Positions 1 through 10,106 of a stretch of DNA of 64,000 bases are shown piece by piece. A model generated the notes under the pieces. It was not told where the DNA came from. It did no database searches and was given only the letters and a program-made list of their open reading frames with translations. Where the stretch lies: the NCBI GenBank assembly GCA_964542785.1, contig CAZIUK010000001.1, positions 506,862 through 570,861 on the forward strand, given 5' to 3'. The DNA is from an uncultured Planctomycetales bacterium. Lineage in GTDB: Bacteria > Omnitrophota > Gorgyraeia > Gygaellales > Profunditerraquicolaceae. How positions within the stretch are numbered: position 1 is the stretch's first letter; the number at the start of each line of letters is the position of its first letter. Made by a program: the position numbers and the translations under genes.

Positions 1-179
1 TCATAGAGGCCTTAGTCAGGGGGGAAAAGATAGAATTGCGCAATTTCGGGGTCTTTAAGATCAAGCAGAGGAAGAGTCGTACCGGAAGAAATCCGCGTAC
101 TAACCAAGTTATTCCTGTCCCGCCGAGAAAAGTAGTAGTCTTTAAACCCGGTTTAGAGATGAAACAAAAAATTAAATAA
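1..179 (+). CDS. HU/IHF-family DNA-binding protein, 3' fragment (5' end lies outside the window)
   Basis: Frame 3 translates to ...NFGVFKIKQRKSRTGRNPRTNQVIPVPPRKVVVFKPGLEMKQKIK*, which is the characteristic HU/IHF beta-arm and C-terminus. Confidence 0.6.
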   Translation, partial: IEALVRGEKIELRNFGVFKIKQRKSRTGRNPRTNQVIPVPPRKVVVFKPGLEMKQKIK

Positions 180-204
180 ATTACCGTTTGTTTATATAAA
201 ATAT

Positions 205-1443
205 ATGTATAAAAGAGTAACGGGCACAAAGGATATCCTGCCCGAAGATTCGCCTGTTTGGCAAAAGATAGAGAATATAAGCCGTAGGATATTTTTGCTT
301 TATAATTATAAAGAAATCCGTACCCCCATCTTAGAAGAGGAATCCCTTTTCAACCGCTCATTAGGAAAAGAAACAGAGATCATTAAAAAACAGATGTTCA
401 TAATAAATAACAAGGATGAAAACTACGCCTTGCGCCCTGAGGGAACAGCTTCAGTAGTGCGCTCATATATAGAGAATAACTTAGATAAGACCCTACATTT
501 CTCTAAACTTTATTATATGGGGCCGATGTTTAGGTTGGAACGCCCACAAAAAGGCCGCCTTAGGCAATTCCATCATATCGGATGCGAGGCGATAGGCTCT
601 TATGACCCTGCCTTAGATGTTGAAATTATATCCTTGATAAATACCCTCTTAACCGAGTTTTCTATAAAAGAATTTACTATAAAGATTAATAGTTTAGGCT
701 GTCTTAAAGATAAGGAGAGATTGTCAGAACTTATACGCAAAAATCTGTCCGCAAGCCAAGATAAACTTTGCCAGGACTGTAAGGATAGGCTACAACTTAA
801 CCCTTTAAGGGTTTTAGATTGTAAAAAAGTTACCTGCAAGGATGCTGTCAAAGAACTAAAAATAGGAGATTCCTATCTATGTCCTGAATGCAAAGAGCAT
901 TTTAGAAAAGTTGTAACCGGTTTAAATTCTTTAAGGATAAATTATCAAATAGACTCTACCTTAGTACGCGGACTTGATTATTACAACCAAACAGTCTTTG
1001 AAGCAACTCATAAAGAATTAGGCTCCCAAGATGCCATAGGCGCAGGGGGAAGGTATAATAATTTAGTATCTTCTTTAGGTGGGCCTGACTTAGGGGCAAT
1101 AGGATTTGCCCTTGGGATTGAAAGAGTACTCTTACTTATGAATAAATTAAAACCCTCAAAAGAAAAAATCTTAGTTTATATCATCAGCCTAGGAGAAAAG
1201 GCAAGAGAAGAGGGAATTAAAATACTTCAACTTCTAAGAAAAAATAGAATACCAGCAGACATGGATTACGAAGGAAAATCCATAAAAGGCGCAATGCGCA
1301 AAGCAGAAAGCCTTAAAGCCGATAAATGCCTAATTCTAGGAGATAATGAAATCGAAGATAAAGTAATTACTCTTAAAGATATGTCCACAGGAACTCAAGA
1401 TAAGGTCAATTTTACCGAGTTAATAAAGAGGCTGAAATGTTAA
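205..1443 (+). CDS. hisS: histidyl-tRNA synthetase
   Basis: 412 aa, ATG start; class II aaRS with HisRS N-terminal motifs (TKDILPE, RPEGTA) and an anticodon-binding C-terminus. Confidence 0.9.
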   Translation: MYKRVTGTKDILPEDSPVWQKIENISRRIFLLYNYKEIRTPILEEESLFNRSLGKETEIIKKQMFIINNKDENYALRPEGTASVVRSYIENNLDKTLHFSKLYYMGPMFRLERPQKGRLRQFHHIGCEAIGSYDPALDVEIISLINTLLTEFSIKEFTIKINSLGCLKDKERLSELIRKNLSASQDKLCQDCKDRLQLNPLRVLDCKKVTCKDAVKELKIGDSYLCPECKEHFRKVVTGLNSLRINYQIDSTLVRGLDYYNQTVFEATHKELGSQDAIGAGGRYNNLVSSLGGPDLGAIGFALGIERVLLLMNKLKPSKEKILVYIISLGEKAREEGIKILQLLRKNRIPADMDYEGKSIKGAMRKAESLKADKCLILGDNEIEDKVITLKDMSTGTQDKVNFTELIKRLKC

Positions 1444-2837
1444 GGACACATACCTGCGCAGAACTAAGCCTTGCTGATTTTGAAAAACAGGTTTCTCTAT
1501 GCGGTTGGGTAGCTAAGAGAAGGGACCATGGGAAACTCATCTTCGTTGATCTAAGAGACCGCTACGGGATTACTCAGGTTGTCTTTATCCCTAAAGAATC
1601 AGCTGACGCCTACAAAATCGCCTCTGAATTAAGGAATGAATTTGTAGTTAAGGTAACGGGCATAGTAAATAAACGCCCCTCAGGTACGATAAATCCTAAA
1701 ATCCCAACAGGAGAAATTGAGGTTTTAGCTAAAGAGCTTGAAATACTAAACACAAGTGAAAATACCCCCTTCGAGATAGAAAATGCTTCAGAACCAGCTG
1801 AAGAGACGCGGCTTAAATACAGATATCTTGATTTAAGAAGAAAGAAGACCTTTAATAATATCTCTTTAAGAAGCAAGCTTTATTCCTCTATTCGCGCTTT
1901 TTTGAATTCTAAGGATTTTCTTGAGTGTGAAACCCCTATCCTTACTAAATCTACACCTGAAGGCGCCCGCGACTATCTCGTCCCTTCCAGGCTTAACCCC
2001 GGGAATTTTTATGCCCTTCCGCAATCCCCTCAACTATTCAAGCAGATACTTATGGTTGCCGGATTAGACAAATATTACCAAATAGCCAAGTGTTTCCGCG
2101 ACGAAGATTTAAGGGCTGACCGCCAACCGGAATTTACCCAATTAGATCTAGAAGCATCTTTTGTAGAAGAAAAGGATATATTTTCCCTTATTGAGGGCCT
2201 ATTCTTCTATATCTTTAAGGAGCTAAAAGACATAAAACTAAAGGTTCCTTTTCCGCGCATCTCTTATAGCCTTGCAATGGAAAAATATAAAACTGATAAG
2301 CCCGATTTACGTCAAGAAGATAAGAATGACTTTGCTTTTGCCTGGGTAGTTGACTTTCCTCTATTTACATACAATCAAGAAGAAAAGAAATGGCAAAGCC
2401 AACATCACCCTTTTACTGCGCCATTAGAAGAAGATTTAAAACTCTTAGGAACCTCCCCGGGAAAAATAAGGTCACGCTCTTACGATCTAGTTTTAAACGG
2501 GATAGAGCTTGGTTCAGGGTCCATAAGAATTCATCAGCAAACTCTACAGAAAAAAATATTTGAAATAATCGGTATTAACTCAAAAGAAGCAGCAGAGCGC
2601 TTTGGTTTTTTACTTGAAGCTTTTAAGTTTGGAGCTCCTCCACATGGAGGATTCGCCTTTGGTATCGACAGGCTCTTAGCAATACTTACCCAAGAGCCAA
2701 GCATAAGAGAAGTTATAACCTTTCCTAAAACCAGTATAGGCACCTGTCCCTTAACTGAAGCACCTTCAGGAGTAGATAAAGATCAACTTAAAGAACTTAA
2801 TATTACCTTAAAAAAGGAGGAGAGATGCAAAGATTAG
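1437..2837 (+). CDS. aspS: aspartyl-tRNA synthetase, short form lacking the GAD insertion domain
   Basis: 466 aa; OB-fold N-terminus, QSPQLFKQ, FRDEDLRADRQPEF and GGFAFGIDRL class II motifs; only about 8 residues separate DKPDLR from WVVDFPLF, where E. coli AspRS carries a domain of about 130 aa. Confidence 0.9.
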   Translation: MLRTHTCAELSLADFEKQVSLCGWVAKRRDHGKLIFVDLRDRYGITQVVFIPKESADAYKIASELRNEFVVKVTGIVNKRPSGTINPKIPTGEIEVLAKELEILNTSENTPFEIENASEPAEETRLKYRYLDLRRKKTFNNISLRSKLYSSIRAFLNSKDFLECETPILTKSTPEGARDYLVPSRLNPGNFYALPQSPQLFKQILMVAGLDKYYQIAKCFRDEDLRADRQPEFTQLDLEASFVEEKDIFSLIEGLFFYIFKELKDIKLKVPFPRISYSLAMEKYKTDKPDLRQEDKNDFAFAWVVDFPLFTYNQEEKKWQSQHHPFTAPLEEDLKLLGTSPGKIRSRSYDLVLNGIELGSGSIRIHQQTLQKKIFEIIGINSKEAAERFGFLLEAFKFGAPPHGGFAFGIDRLLAILTQEPSIREVITFPKTSIGTCPLTEAPSGVDKDQLKELNITLKKEERCKD

Positions 2838-3382
2838 TCTTCTTATTTACAGGCGTACTCTTTTTATTGTCAGGTTGCGTCGCCCGCACCTATCAATTAA
2901 CTCAAGATAGGATTGACCAAGATTTATCCATAGGAAACCGCGGCTATATTACCGGAAGTTCCCCTATAGAACCGCAAGATTCAAGAAAAACACAAAGAAG
3001 TGTCCGTATCTTTGAGTTTGAGTTAGGCAAATCCCATCAGACAAAAAAGATTTCTGCGGTAAAAGAAGGATACTCAGATCCGCAAGAACCAGGTTATGAA
3101 ACTTACAAAACTCCTTATTTCACAGAATCTGAAGTAGAACCAACCCCTGAACCGGTAAAAACAGAGTATCAAAGCTATACAGTCGGAAAGAATGATACCT
3201 TGCAGAAGATATCACAAAAGTTTTACGGGACTACTAAAAAATGGATTAAAATATACAACGCAAATAAGAATACCTTAAAAAACCCTGATAGGCTTTACCC
3301 TGGCCAAACCTTGAATATCCCGGAGGATAACAATTTCTCTAATGACAAGGAAATAATAGATGTACCTAAAAACTTAAAGTAA
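2825..3382 (+). CDS. lipoprotein with C-terminal LysM domain
   Basis: Signal peptide with a lipobox Cys (LLSGC); C-terminal YTVGKNDTLQKISQKFYG...LYPGQTLNIP matches the LysM pattern. Confidence 0.6.
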   Translation: MQRLVFLFTGVLFLLSGCVARTYQLTQDRIDQDLSIGNRGYITGSSPIEPQDSRKTQRSVRIFEFELGKSHQTKKISAVKEGYSDPQEPGYETYKTPYFTESEVEPTPEPVKTEYQSYTVGKNDTLQKISQKFYGTTKKWIKIYNANKNTLKNPDRLYPGQTLNIPEDNNFSNDKEIIDVPKNLK

Positions 3383-3390
3383 CTTTCTTT

Positions 3391-4311
3391 ATGCATAAGA
3401 TATTAAAATTAGAGAACAACGAAGAAGCCCGCTCTCTATGCGGAATGAATGATTCTAACATCCGACTTATTGAAAAAGATTTCAAGGTAAAGGTTGCCTT
3501 GCGCGGAGAGCACCTTAAAATCAGCGGCACAGCCAACAATATCAAAAAATCATCTGCGTTTATTGACTACCTTTTAAAAGGTTACAGGTCAAAAGACAAT
3601 AGGCTTGAAGAGTTGGGTATCAAGTATATAATAGATACTTACAAAAAACCAAAGACTTCAACACCCTTAAACCTAAAGATAGCTCCCAAGACTTCAGGAC
3701 AAATAGATTATGTTAATGCGATAAAAGAGTTTGATATTGTCTTTGGCATAGGCCCCGCCGGGACAGGCAAAACCTATCTTGCTATGGCCTCAGCTATAGA
3801 TACCTTAAAAAAACAAGAAGTGCGCAGAATAGTCCTTACGCGCCCAGCGATAGAAGCAGGGGAGTCTTTAGGGTTTCTACCCGGGGACATGCGCCAGAAG
3901 ATATCCCCATACCTACGCCCTCTGTATGACGCCCTCTATGATATGATGGAAACAGAGAGGATAGAAAAGTATTTAGATAATGGTACCATAGAAGTCGCTC
4001 CTTTGGCCTATATGAGAGGCAGAACCTTAAATGATGCCTTTGTCATCCTTGATGAAGCTCAAAACTCTACTGCTGAACAGATGAAGATGTTTTTAACTAG
4101 GCTGGGGTTTAACTCCAAAGCTGTAATTACCGGGGATATAACTCAAAGCGATCTTCCCGGAGGCAAACCCGTAGGTTTATTGCAAGCGCAGGATATACTA
4201 AAAAAAATAAAGGAGATAAAGTTTATCTATTTTAGCAAGGAAGATGTAGTCAGGCATCCTTTAGTCCAGAGGATTATTGAAGCATATGATAAAACTACTA
4301 AAAAAAATTAG
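3391..4311 (+). CDS. phoH: PhoH-like ATPase (PhoH/YbeZ)
   Basis: Walker A GPAGTGKTYLA and Walker B IVILDEAQN; PhoH architecture; upstream of a ybeY-type cluster. Confidence 0.85.
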   Translation: MHKILKLENNEEARSLCGMNDSNIRLIEKDFKVKVALRGEHLKISGTANNIKKSSAFIDYLLKGYRSKDNRLEELGIKYIIDTYKKPKTSTPLNLKIAPKTSGQIDYVNAIKEFDIVFGIGPAGTGKTYLAMASAIDTLKKQEVRRIVLTRPAIEAGESLGFLPGDMRQKISPYLRPLYDALYDMMETERIEKYLDNGTIEVAPLAYMRGRTLNDAFVILDEAQNSTAEQMKMFLTRLGFNSKAVITGDITQSDLPGGKPVGLLQAQDILKKIKEIKFIYFSKEDVVRHPLVQRIIEAYDKTTKKN

Positions 4312-5602
4312 CCTAAGAGGATTTTCCCTATTTCTATTGATTTTTTCAGTAGCCAAGGCAGCTAATATCAATTTAGCCGTCCCGTTTTTTCTCTTCTTTG
4401 TATACCTCTACCTTAAGTTAAGAAGGTTAATCACAAAGAACTCTAATCTTGCAAATCTATCTTTTTTATTCCTCCTTAATTTTGCTGGTGGATATTTCGT
4501 ATGCATAAACAACCTTCCGCTTTACTTAATCCCCTTTTCATTGCTATCTATGCTCCTAATGCTCCTCTTTACAAGCCTTGAGCTATCCGTAATTATTTCT
4601 TTATCCTTAGCAGTCTCTCTTGCCTCTATCAGTAAATACCCCTTAGAGATAATCTTTCTTTTTACAATAAGCTCTATACTAAGCGCTATCCTTGTAAAGG
4701 GTGCTAGAAAAAGAAATACGGTTATCAGTGCAGGGACTATCAGCGGGCTTATATACTCTCTTGTACTTTTACTTATAGGAAATAAAAGCATAGGCGTCTC
4801 CTATAAATATTTATACTTTTTAGCAAACGGACTATTAACAAGCATTGTTGTGTTAGGGACTTTGCCTATATTTGAATTCCTTTTTAAAGCTATAACCAAT
4901 ATCAGCCTCCTTGAATTAGCGGATTTTCATCAGCCTCTTTTATCTCTCTTAATCCAAAGAGCCCCGGGGACATACCACCATAGCCTTATAGTAGGCAATC
5001 TCTCAGAGGCAGCAGCTAATGCCATCGGAGCTAATGGTTTATTAAGCAGGGTAGGATCTTACTACCACGACATCGGAAAGCTAGAAAAACCTGAATACTT
5101 TAGCGAAAATCAAAGTAGAGCGTTTAATAGGCATGATACTCTTTCTCCTGAAATGAGCAAACTTGTAATCATGAAACATGTTAAGGTAGGGGTAGAGCTT
5201 GCGAAAAAATATAAACTTAACCCTGCCTTAATAGACTTTATTGAACAGCACCACGGCAAGGGATTAGTATATTATTTCTATCTTAAGGCATTGGAAAACC
5301 CTAAAGAAGGCCAGGAGGTAGAAGAGGAGGGCTACCGTTACCCCGGGCCTAAACCCAACAGCAAAGAAACAGCAATAGTTCTTTTGGCAGATTCCGTTGA
5401 AGCGGCGGTAAGAGCTTTAAAAGAATTTACCCCTGCCTCAATAGAAGATTTAGTCCATAAAGTAATCAATAATAAATTTATTGACGGACAACTTGACGAA
5501 TGCGACCTTACATTAAAAGACTTAGAGAAGATTTCAGCTGTATTTGTAAAGCTCCTCTGCGGCATATACCATAGCCGTGAAAGTTATCCCGATAAAAAAT
5601 AA
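4286..5602 (+). CDS. 7TM receptor with intracellular HD hydrolase domain (YqfF/PgpH-like)
   Basis: Multiple N-terminal TM helices followed by an HD domain (HHSLIVGNL...YHDIGK); the ORF track starts at TTG 4277, and the first ATG is at 4286. Confidence 0.75.
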   Translation: MIKLLKKISLRGFSLFLLIFSVAKAANINLAVPFFLFFVYLYLKLRRLITKNSNLANLSFLFLLNFAGGYFVCINNLPLYLIPFSLLSMLLMLLFTSLELSVIISLSLAVSLASISKYPLEIIFLFTISSILSAILVKGARKRNTVISAGTISGLIYSLVLLLIGNKSIGVSYKYLYFLANGLLTSIVVLGTLPIFEFLFKAITNISLLELADFHQPLLSLLIQRAPGTYHHSLIVGNLSEAAANAIGANGLLSRVGSYYHDIGKLEKPEYFSENQSRAFNRHDTLSPEMSKLVIMKHVKVGVELAKKYKLNPALIDFIEQHHGKGLVYYFYLKALENPKEGQEVEEEGYRYPGPKPNSKETAIVLLADSVEAAVRALKEFTPASIEDLVHKVINNKFIDGQLDECDLTLKDLEKISAVFVKLLCGIYHSRESYPDKK

Positions 5603-5626
5603 TAACCAGCCTTAACTTATTTTTTT

Positions 5627-6049
5627 ATGCTAAAAATAACCGTAAAAAACCTGCAGGATAAAAACTTAATTTCTTCCTTAATGATAAAAAATCTTATCAA
5701 AAGAATCCTGAAAGAAGAGCGTATCAAGGCAAGGGGAGAAATCACTGTATCCATAGTAACCGACTCTTTGATAAAAAAACTCAACCAAACGTATCGCAAA
5801 AAAAATATTCCTACTGATGTCTTAGCCTTTAACATCTCCGAACCTTTTAACAAGGAAAATTTCTTTGCCGATATTGTAGTCTCCGCTGATACTGCAAGAT
5901 ACAACTCTAAAATATACACAACCTCTCTATTAAAGGAACTAAAACTCTACATTACCCACGGGTTACTTCATCTTTTAGGATACAATCACAATACTCTTTT
6001 TAAAAAAAGGGTAATGCTAAAAAAAGAAAGGAAATATGTCGATAAATAA
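5627..6049 (+). CDS. ybeY: rRNA maturation endoribonuclease YbeY
   Basis: 140 aa with the metal-binding motif HGLLHLLGYNH. Confidence 0.85.
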   Translation: MLKITVKNLQDKNLISSLMIKNLIKRILKEERIKARGEITVSIVTDSLIKKLNQTYRKKNIPTDVLAFNISEPFNKENFFADIVVSADTARYNSKIYTTSLLKELKLYITHGLLHLLGYNHNTLFKKRVMLKKERKYVDK

Positions 6050-6791
6050 AACCGAGGCAATAGTCTTAAGAAAAAGAGATTTTAGGGAGACATCCCTAAT
6101 AGTTGATTTTTATACTCGCAATTTTGGCAGGATAAGTGGGATACTAAAAGGCATCCGCCTTGATCCTAAAAAATTTGCCAGCGCTGTAGAACCATCTTCT
6201 TATAACGAGATAATATTCTACCATAGAAATTCCACCAGCCTTCACCTTGTAAGCGCCTGCGACTTAAAAGATAATTTCTTTAATATCAGAAACAATATCT
6301 CTAGGGCAGCGATAAGCGCTTTTATGATGGAGTTAATCTTAACCCTAATGCAACCTGAAGATAAAAATGAGGCGGTCTTTGACCTTACCCTCAGTGCCTT
6401 AAAAGAGCTTGAAAAGACCAATAACCCCGATAAGATAGCCGTTATCTTCAAAATCAAAATGCTCTCCTTGTCAGGATTTAAGCCCCACTTTGACTCTTGT
6501 GTTTATTGCTCAAATAGGGTAATGGGCGTCTCTAAGTTTAGCTTAAAATTAGGAGGGCTTTTGTGTCCTAAGTGCTATTTTAAGGACTTAAGCGCTCGTT
6601 CTATCTTCCGCGGGACAGTAGCCTCAATACTGCATATTGAGCGCAACGACTTTAAAGCAACCTTAAGCCTTGGGCTTAACCCCCAGATAAAGAAAGAATT
6701 GGATTTAATTTTAAACGCATTCATAAACTTTCATTTAGAAAAAGAATTAAAGTCTCAAAAGGTTATCAATAAACTCGCTTTAACTCTTTAA
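6036..6791 (+). CDS. recO: DNA repair protein RecO
   Basis: 251 aa; RecO N-terminal OB region (AIVLRKRDFRETSLIVDFYT) and zinc motif CxxC...CxxC. Confidence 0.8.
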   Translation: MSINKTEAIVLRKRDFRETSLIVDFYTRNFGRISGILKGIRLDPKKFASAVEPSSYNEIIFYHRNSTSLHLVSACDLKDNFFNIRNNISRAAISAFMMELILTLMQPEDKNEAVFDLTLSALKELEKTNNPDKIAVIFKIKMLSLSGFKPHFDSCVYCSNRVMGVSKFSLKLGGLLCPKCYFKDLSARSIFRGTVASILHIERNDFKATLSLGLNPQIKKELDLILNAFINFHLEKELKSQKVINKLALTL

Positions 6792-6820
6792 AAAAAATAT
6801 CTTTTTTAAAGGAGGCTAGT

Positions 6821-7765
6821 ATGAAGATTGTAATTGTCGGTCCCGGAGCAATAGGCGCTCTTTTAACTGCTCTCCTCTCAAGAGCAACTAAAAATTTAAA
6901 TAAAGATGAAGTCTGGCTTCTTGATTACAAGAAGGAACGAACTAAGGAAATATTAAAAACAGGAATAACCATTGAAGGAGCTATTAAGTCTTTCCATGTA
7001 AATGTAAAAATAACTACACAGTTAAACCAAATAGGGCCTGCGGATATCTTTATAATATGCGTTAAGTCTTATAATACCAAGCAAGCAATCTCTCTAATTA
7101 AACCTCTCTTGAAAAACGATAGCTCTGTATTAACCCTCCAAAACGGATTGGGTAACGCCGAGGTAATCTCTGAGGCAGTCGGAATAGAAAGGGTAGTAAT
7201 GGGGGTTACTAACTTAGGCGCAACTCTTATTAAGCCTGGGGTTGTGCGCTTCTGCGGAAAAGGAGAAACCCTAATAGGAAGATTAGACGGAAAGATGACA
7301 GCGCAGATGCGCTCAATACGCGATATTTTTAATAAGGCGGATATAGAGACAAGGATCTCTAAGGATATAAAAAGTTTAATCTGGTCAAAACTTATAATTA
7401 ATACTGGGATTAATCCGCTTACGGCAATCTTGCGCGTCAATAACGGCAAGCTTGTAGAGATTGAGGGGGCGCGTAGAATTATGCACAAAGCTATTACTGA
7501 AGCAGTCAGGGTAGCAAAAAGAAAACGGATAAAACTTATATTTGACGATCCCTTAGCCAAGACAGAGGCTGTGGCTGAGGCAACCGCAGAAAACTTATCC
7601 TCAATGCTCCAAGATATCTTACATAAAAAACGCACGGAAATAGACTTTATAAATGGAGCCATCGTAAGACAAGGGCAGGAGTTAGGCATCCCGGTTTTAA
7701 CTAACCAACTCTTAATAGACTTAATCCACTCCATGGAAGAGAGTAACCCAAATAACCTTGGTTAA
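6821..7765 (+). CDS. panE: 2-dehydropantoate 2-reductase
   Basis: N-terminal Rossmann motif IVGPGAIGA; ApbA/PanE family length and pattern; strong RBS AAAGGAGG. Confidence 0.8.
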   Translation: MKIVIVGPGAIGALLTALLSRATKNLNKDEVWLLDYKKERTKEILKTGITIEGAIKSFHVNVKITTQLNQIGPADIFIICVKSYNTKQAISLIKPLLKNDSSVLTLQNGLGNAEVISEAVGIERVVMGVTNLGATLIKPGVVRFCGKGETLIGRLDGKMTAQMRSIRDIFNKADIETRISKDIKSLIWSKLIINTGINPLTAILRVNNGKLVEIEGARRIMHKAITEAVRVAKRKRIKLIFDDPLAKTEAVAEATAENLSSMLQDILHKKRTEIDFINGAIVRQGQELGIPVLTNQLLIDLIHSMEESNPNNLG

Positions 7766-7767
7766 TA

Positions 7768-8700
7768 ATGATAAAGAGATACATAACCGCAATAATATTA
7801 ATTTCCCTGCTAACCTTAATAGGCTATTTCTTTTTCCATAAAATATTTAAAAAAAATATACTCTACCGGGAAACAAGAATCTTACTTGGAACCTTTGTAG
7901 AGGTAATCTCCCCGGATAAAAAGGCGATAGAAATAAGCTTTAACGAAATTAAACGCATAGAAGGCCTCTTAAGTAAATACAGCCCTAAGAGCGATATCTC
8001 TATTTTAAACAAAGAGGGCTTGATTTTGGCAAGCCCGGAGACATTTTACATCATAGAAAAAGCCAAAGAGTTCTACTATCTTTCAGAAGGGGCTTTTGAT
8101 ATCACTGTTGGACCTCTTGTGGATCTTTGGGGATTTACTAAAAAAGAATATTTTCTCCCTTCGCAAGAAGAGATTAACAAAACTTTTTCTCTTATAGGTT
8201 CGGATAAAATTATTTTACGAAAGAAAGATAATATGATACAATTTAAGTTTCAAGGAATGAAGATCGATTTAGGAGCAATTGCCAAAGGCTTTGCGCTTGA
8301 CTGCGCCATCAGAAGATTAAAAGAAGAAAAAATAAAAGATGCCCTAATAAATGCCGGAGGGCAAGTATATTGCTTAGGCAATAGATTTAACAAGCCCTGG
8401 AGAGTGGCTATTAAGGGATCTCTTAAAAAAGAAGGTTTTTTATACTTACGAAACAAAGCAGTTTCTACCTCAGGAAATTACGAACAATTTTTTAAGGACG
8501 GAGAAAAAACTTACGGACATATAATTAACCCAAAGACAGGATACCCAAAAATATCTGATCTTTTTTCGGTAACTGTTATTGCTGATGACTCAATAACCGC
8601 AGACTTTTTATCCACGGCAATATTTCTTTTAGGGGAAGAAAAGGGCCTTGCCTTAGCTAAAAAATTTAAAAATACAGAAGTAAAAATATTAAAAAGATGA
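7768..8700 (+). CDS. apbE: FAD:protein FMN transferase (ApbE family)
   Basis: 310 aa with ApbE family motifs (DLGAIAKGFALD, GHIINPKTG). Confidence 0.75.
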   Translation: MIKRYITAIILISLLTLIGYFFFHKIFKKNILYRETRILLGTFVEVISPDKKAIEISFNEIKRIEGLLSKYSPKSDISILNKEGLILASPETFYIIEKAKEFYYLSEGAFDITVGPLVDLWGFTKKEYFLPSQEEINKTFSLIGSDKIILRKKDNMIQFKFQGMKIDLGAIAKGFALDCAIRRLKEEKIKDALINAGGQVYCLGNRFNKPWRVAIKGSLKKEGFLYLRNKAVSTSGNYEQFFKDGEKTYGHIINPKTGYPKISDLFSVTVIADDSITADFLSTAIFLLGEEKGLALAKKFKNTEVKILKR

Positions 8701-10097
8701 AAGGTATTTTAAGAAAAAATGTGGATGTCTTTGCCTTGTTTCTTCCTGAAACAAGGGAGTTTATAAAGAAGAGGGACTTTAACAGCCTTAAAAACTCTCT
8801 AAAGAATATGAACTCCATGGATATCGCCGAGGGCTGGAGGCACCTTGAACCAACAGAGAAGATAATCATCTTCAGACTTCTTGGGACAAAAAAAGCTGTT
8901 GAAGTCTTTGAGAACTTACCCTTCCCCGAGCAACACCACATACTAAACAACCTTGCAAATACAGAAATCTCCCAAATTTTAGAAGAGATGGCCCCTGATG
9001 AAAGGGCCGACCTTTTTAAGGAATTCCCTAAAAAGGTATCGCGTAAGTTTCTTCTTTTAGCAAGTAAGGACACCGCGCAGGAAACCTCCGAGCTGATGCA
9101 CTACCCTGAGGGAACCGCAGGTAGTCTTATGACTACAGAGTTTGTCGCCTTAAAAAAAGAGATGAGTGCAAAACACGCCATTCTCTATATACAACAAAAC
9201 CTAAGAACCAACTACAGAGAAAATATTTATTCCTTGTTTATAGTTGACGATGCTAAAAAGCTAATCGGTGTTATATCCTTGCAGGATATACTAAAGACCC
9301 CTCCGGATATGCTCATTCGCGATGTCATGAGCAGCGCTAATGTAATAAAGATTGACGCTGAGGCAGATGCTATAGAGGTAGGAAATACCTTTAAAAAATA
9401 CGACCTCTTTGACGCACCTATAGTAGATAAAGAAAACAGGTTAATAGGGATAATCACCGTTGACGATATAGTTGAAACGATAGAAAAAGAGGCAACTAAA
9501 GATATATATGAAATCGGCAAGATGGATGCTAAGGGAGGAGAGATCATAAGCTACGCTCAAGCTACTCCTCTAGAGCTTGTGCGCAGGCGAGCCGGTTGGT
9601 TAGTCTTACTTTTAATATTCGATTTTCTAACCGGAACTGTTTTAAAGTTCTTTGAACAATCTTTAAGTGCAGTCGTCTCTCTAGCCTTCTTTATCCCCAT
9701 GCTCCTTGACACAGGAGGAAATGCCGGGGCACAGACATCTATTACTATAATCAGGGGCCTTGCCACAGGAGATGTAAAGCCTAAAAATATCTGGAAGGTA
9801 GTCAGAGTAGAACTTTCTGCCGCACTCCTTATGGGACTTGTAGTAGGTCTAGTTGCCTTTGGCAGAGCGTTTCTTTTACAAAAAGATATTATGCTTTCTC
9901 TTGTAGTAGGCTTGACTATGATTTTAATCGCTCTTCTTGCGATAGGAACTGGGATCTCTCTTCCTTTAATCTCAAAGAGAATAGGGCTAGACCCTGCGGT
10001 ATTAGCAGGACCAATTACAACAAGCGTAGTGGACGTAATAGGACTTATTATATACTTTAAAATTGCGCAGTTTTTCATACCTGCTTTAAGGTTTTAA
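8697..10097 (+). CDS. mgtE: magnesium transporter MgtE
   Basis: 466 aa; MgtE N-domain, tandem CBS domains and a C-terminal 5-TM MgtE membrane domain (PMLLDTGGNAGAQ). Confidence 0.85.
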   Translation: MKGILRKNVDVFALFLPETREFIKKRDFNSLKNSLKNMNSMDIAEGWRHLEPTEKIIIFRLLGTKKAVEVFENLPFPEQHHILNNLANTEISQILEEMAPDERADLFKEFPKKVSRKFLLLASKDTAQETSELMHYPEGTAGSLMTTEFVALKKEMSAKHAILYIQQNLRTNYRENIYSLFIVDDAKKLIGVISLQDILKTPPDMLIRDVMSSANVIKIDAEADAIEVGNTFKKYDLFDAPIVDKENRLIGIITVDDIVETIEKEATKDIYEIGKMDAKGGEIISYAQATPLELVRRRAGWLVLLLIFDFLTGTVLKFFEQSLSAVVSLAFFIPMLLDTGGNAGAQTSITIIRGLATGDVKPKNIWKVVRVELSAALLMGLVVGLVAFGRAFLLQKDIMLSLVVGLTMILIALLAIGTGISLPLISKRIGLDPAVLAGPITTSVVDVIGLIIYFKIAQFFIPALRF

Positions 10098-10106
10098 GAA
10101 TAAAAA

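Noticed and set aside
7069-7734. 221-aa ORF on the - strand inside panE
   Set aside because: It is entirely antisense to a well-supported PanE reading frame and has low-complexity composition with no motifs. It is a shadow ORF. The same applies to 600-851, 1610-1876, 9557-10078, 10367-10849, 13489-13998, 57620-58012 and the other short antisense ORFs in the track.
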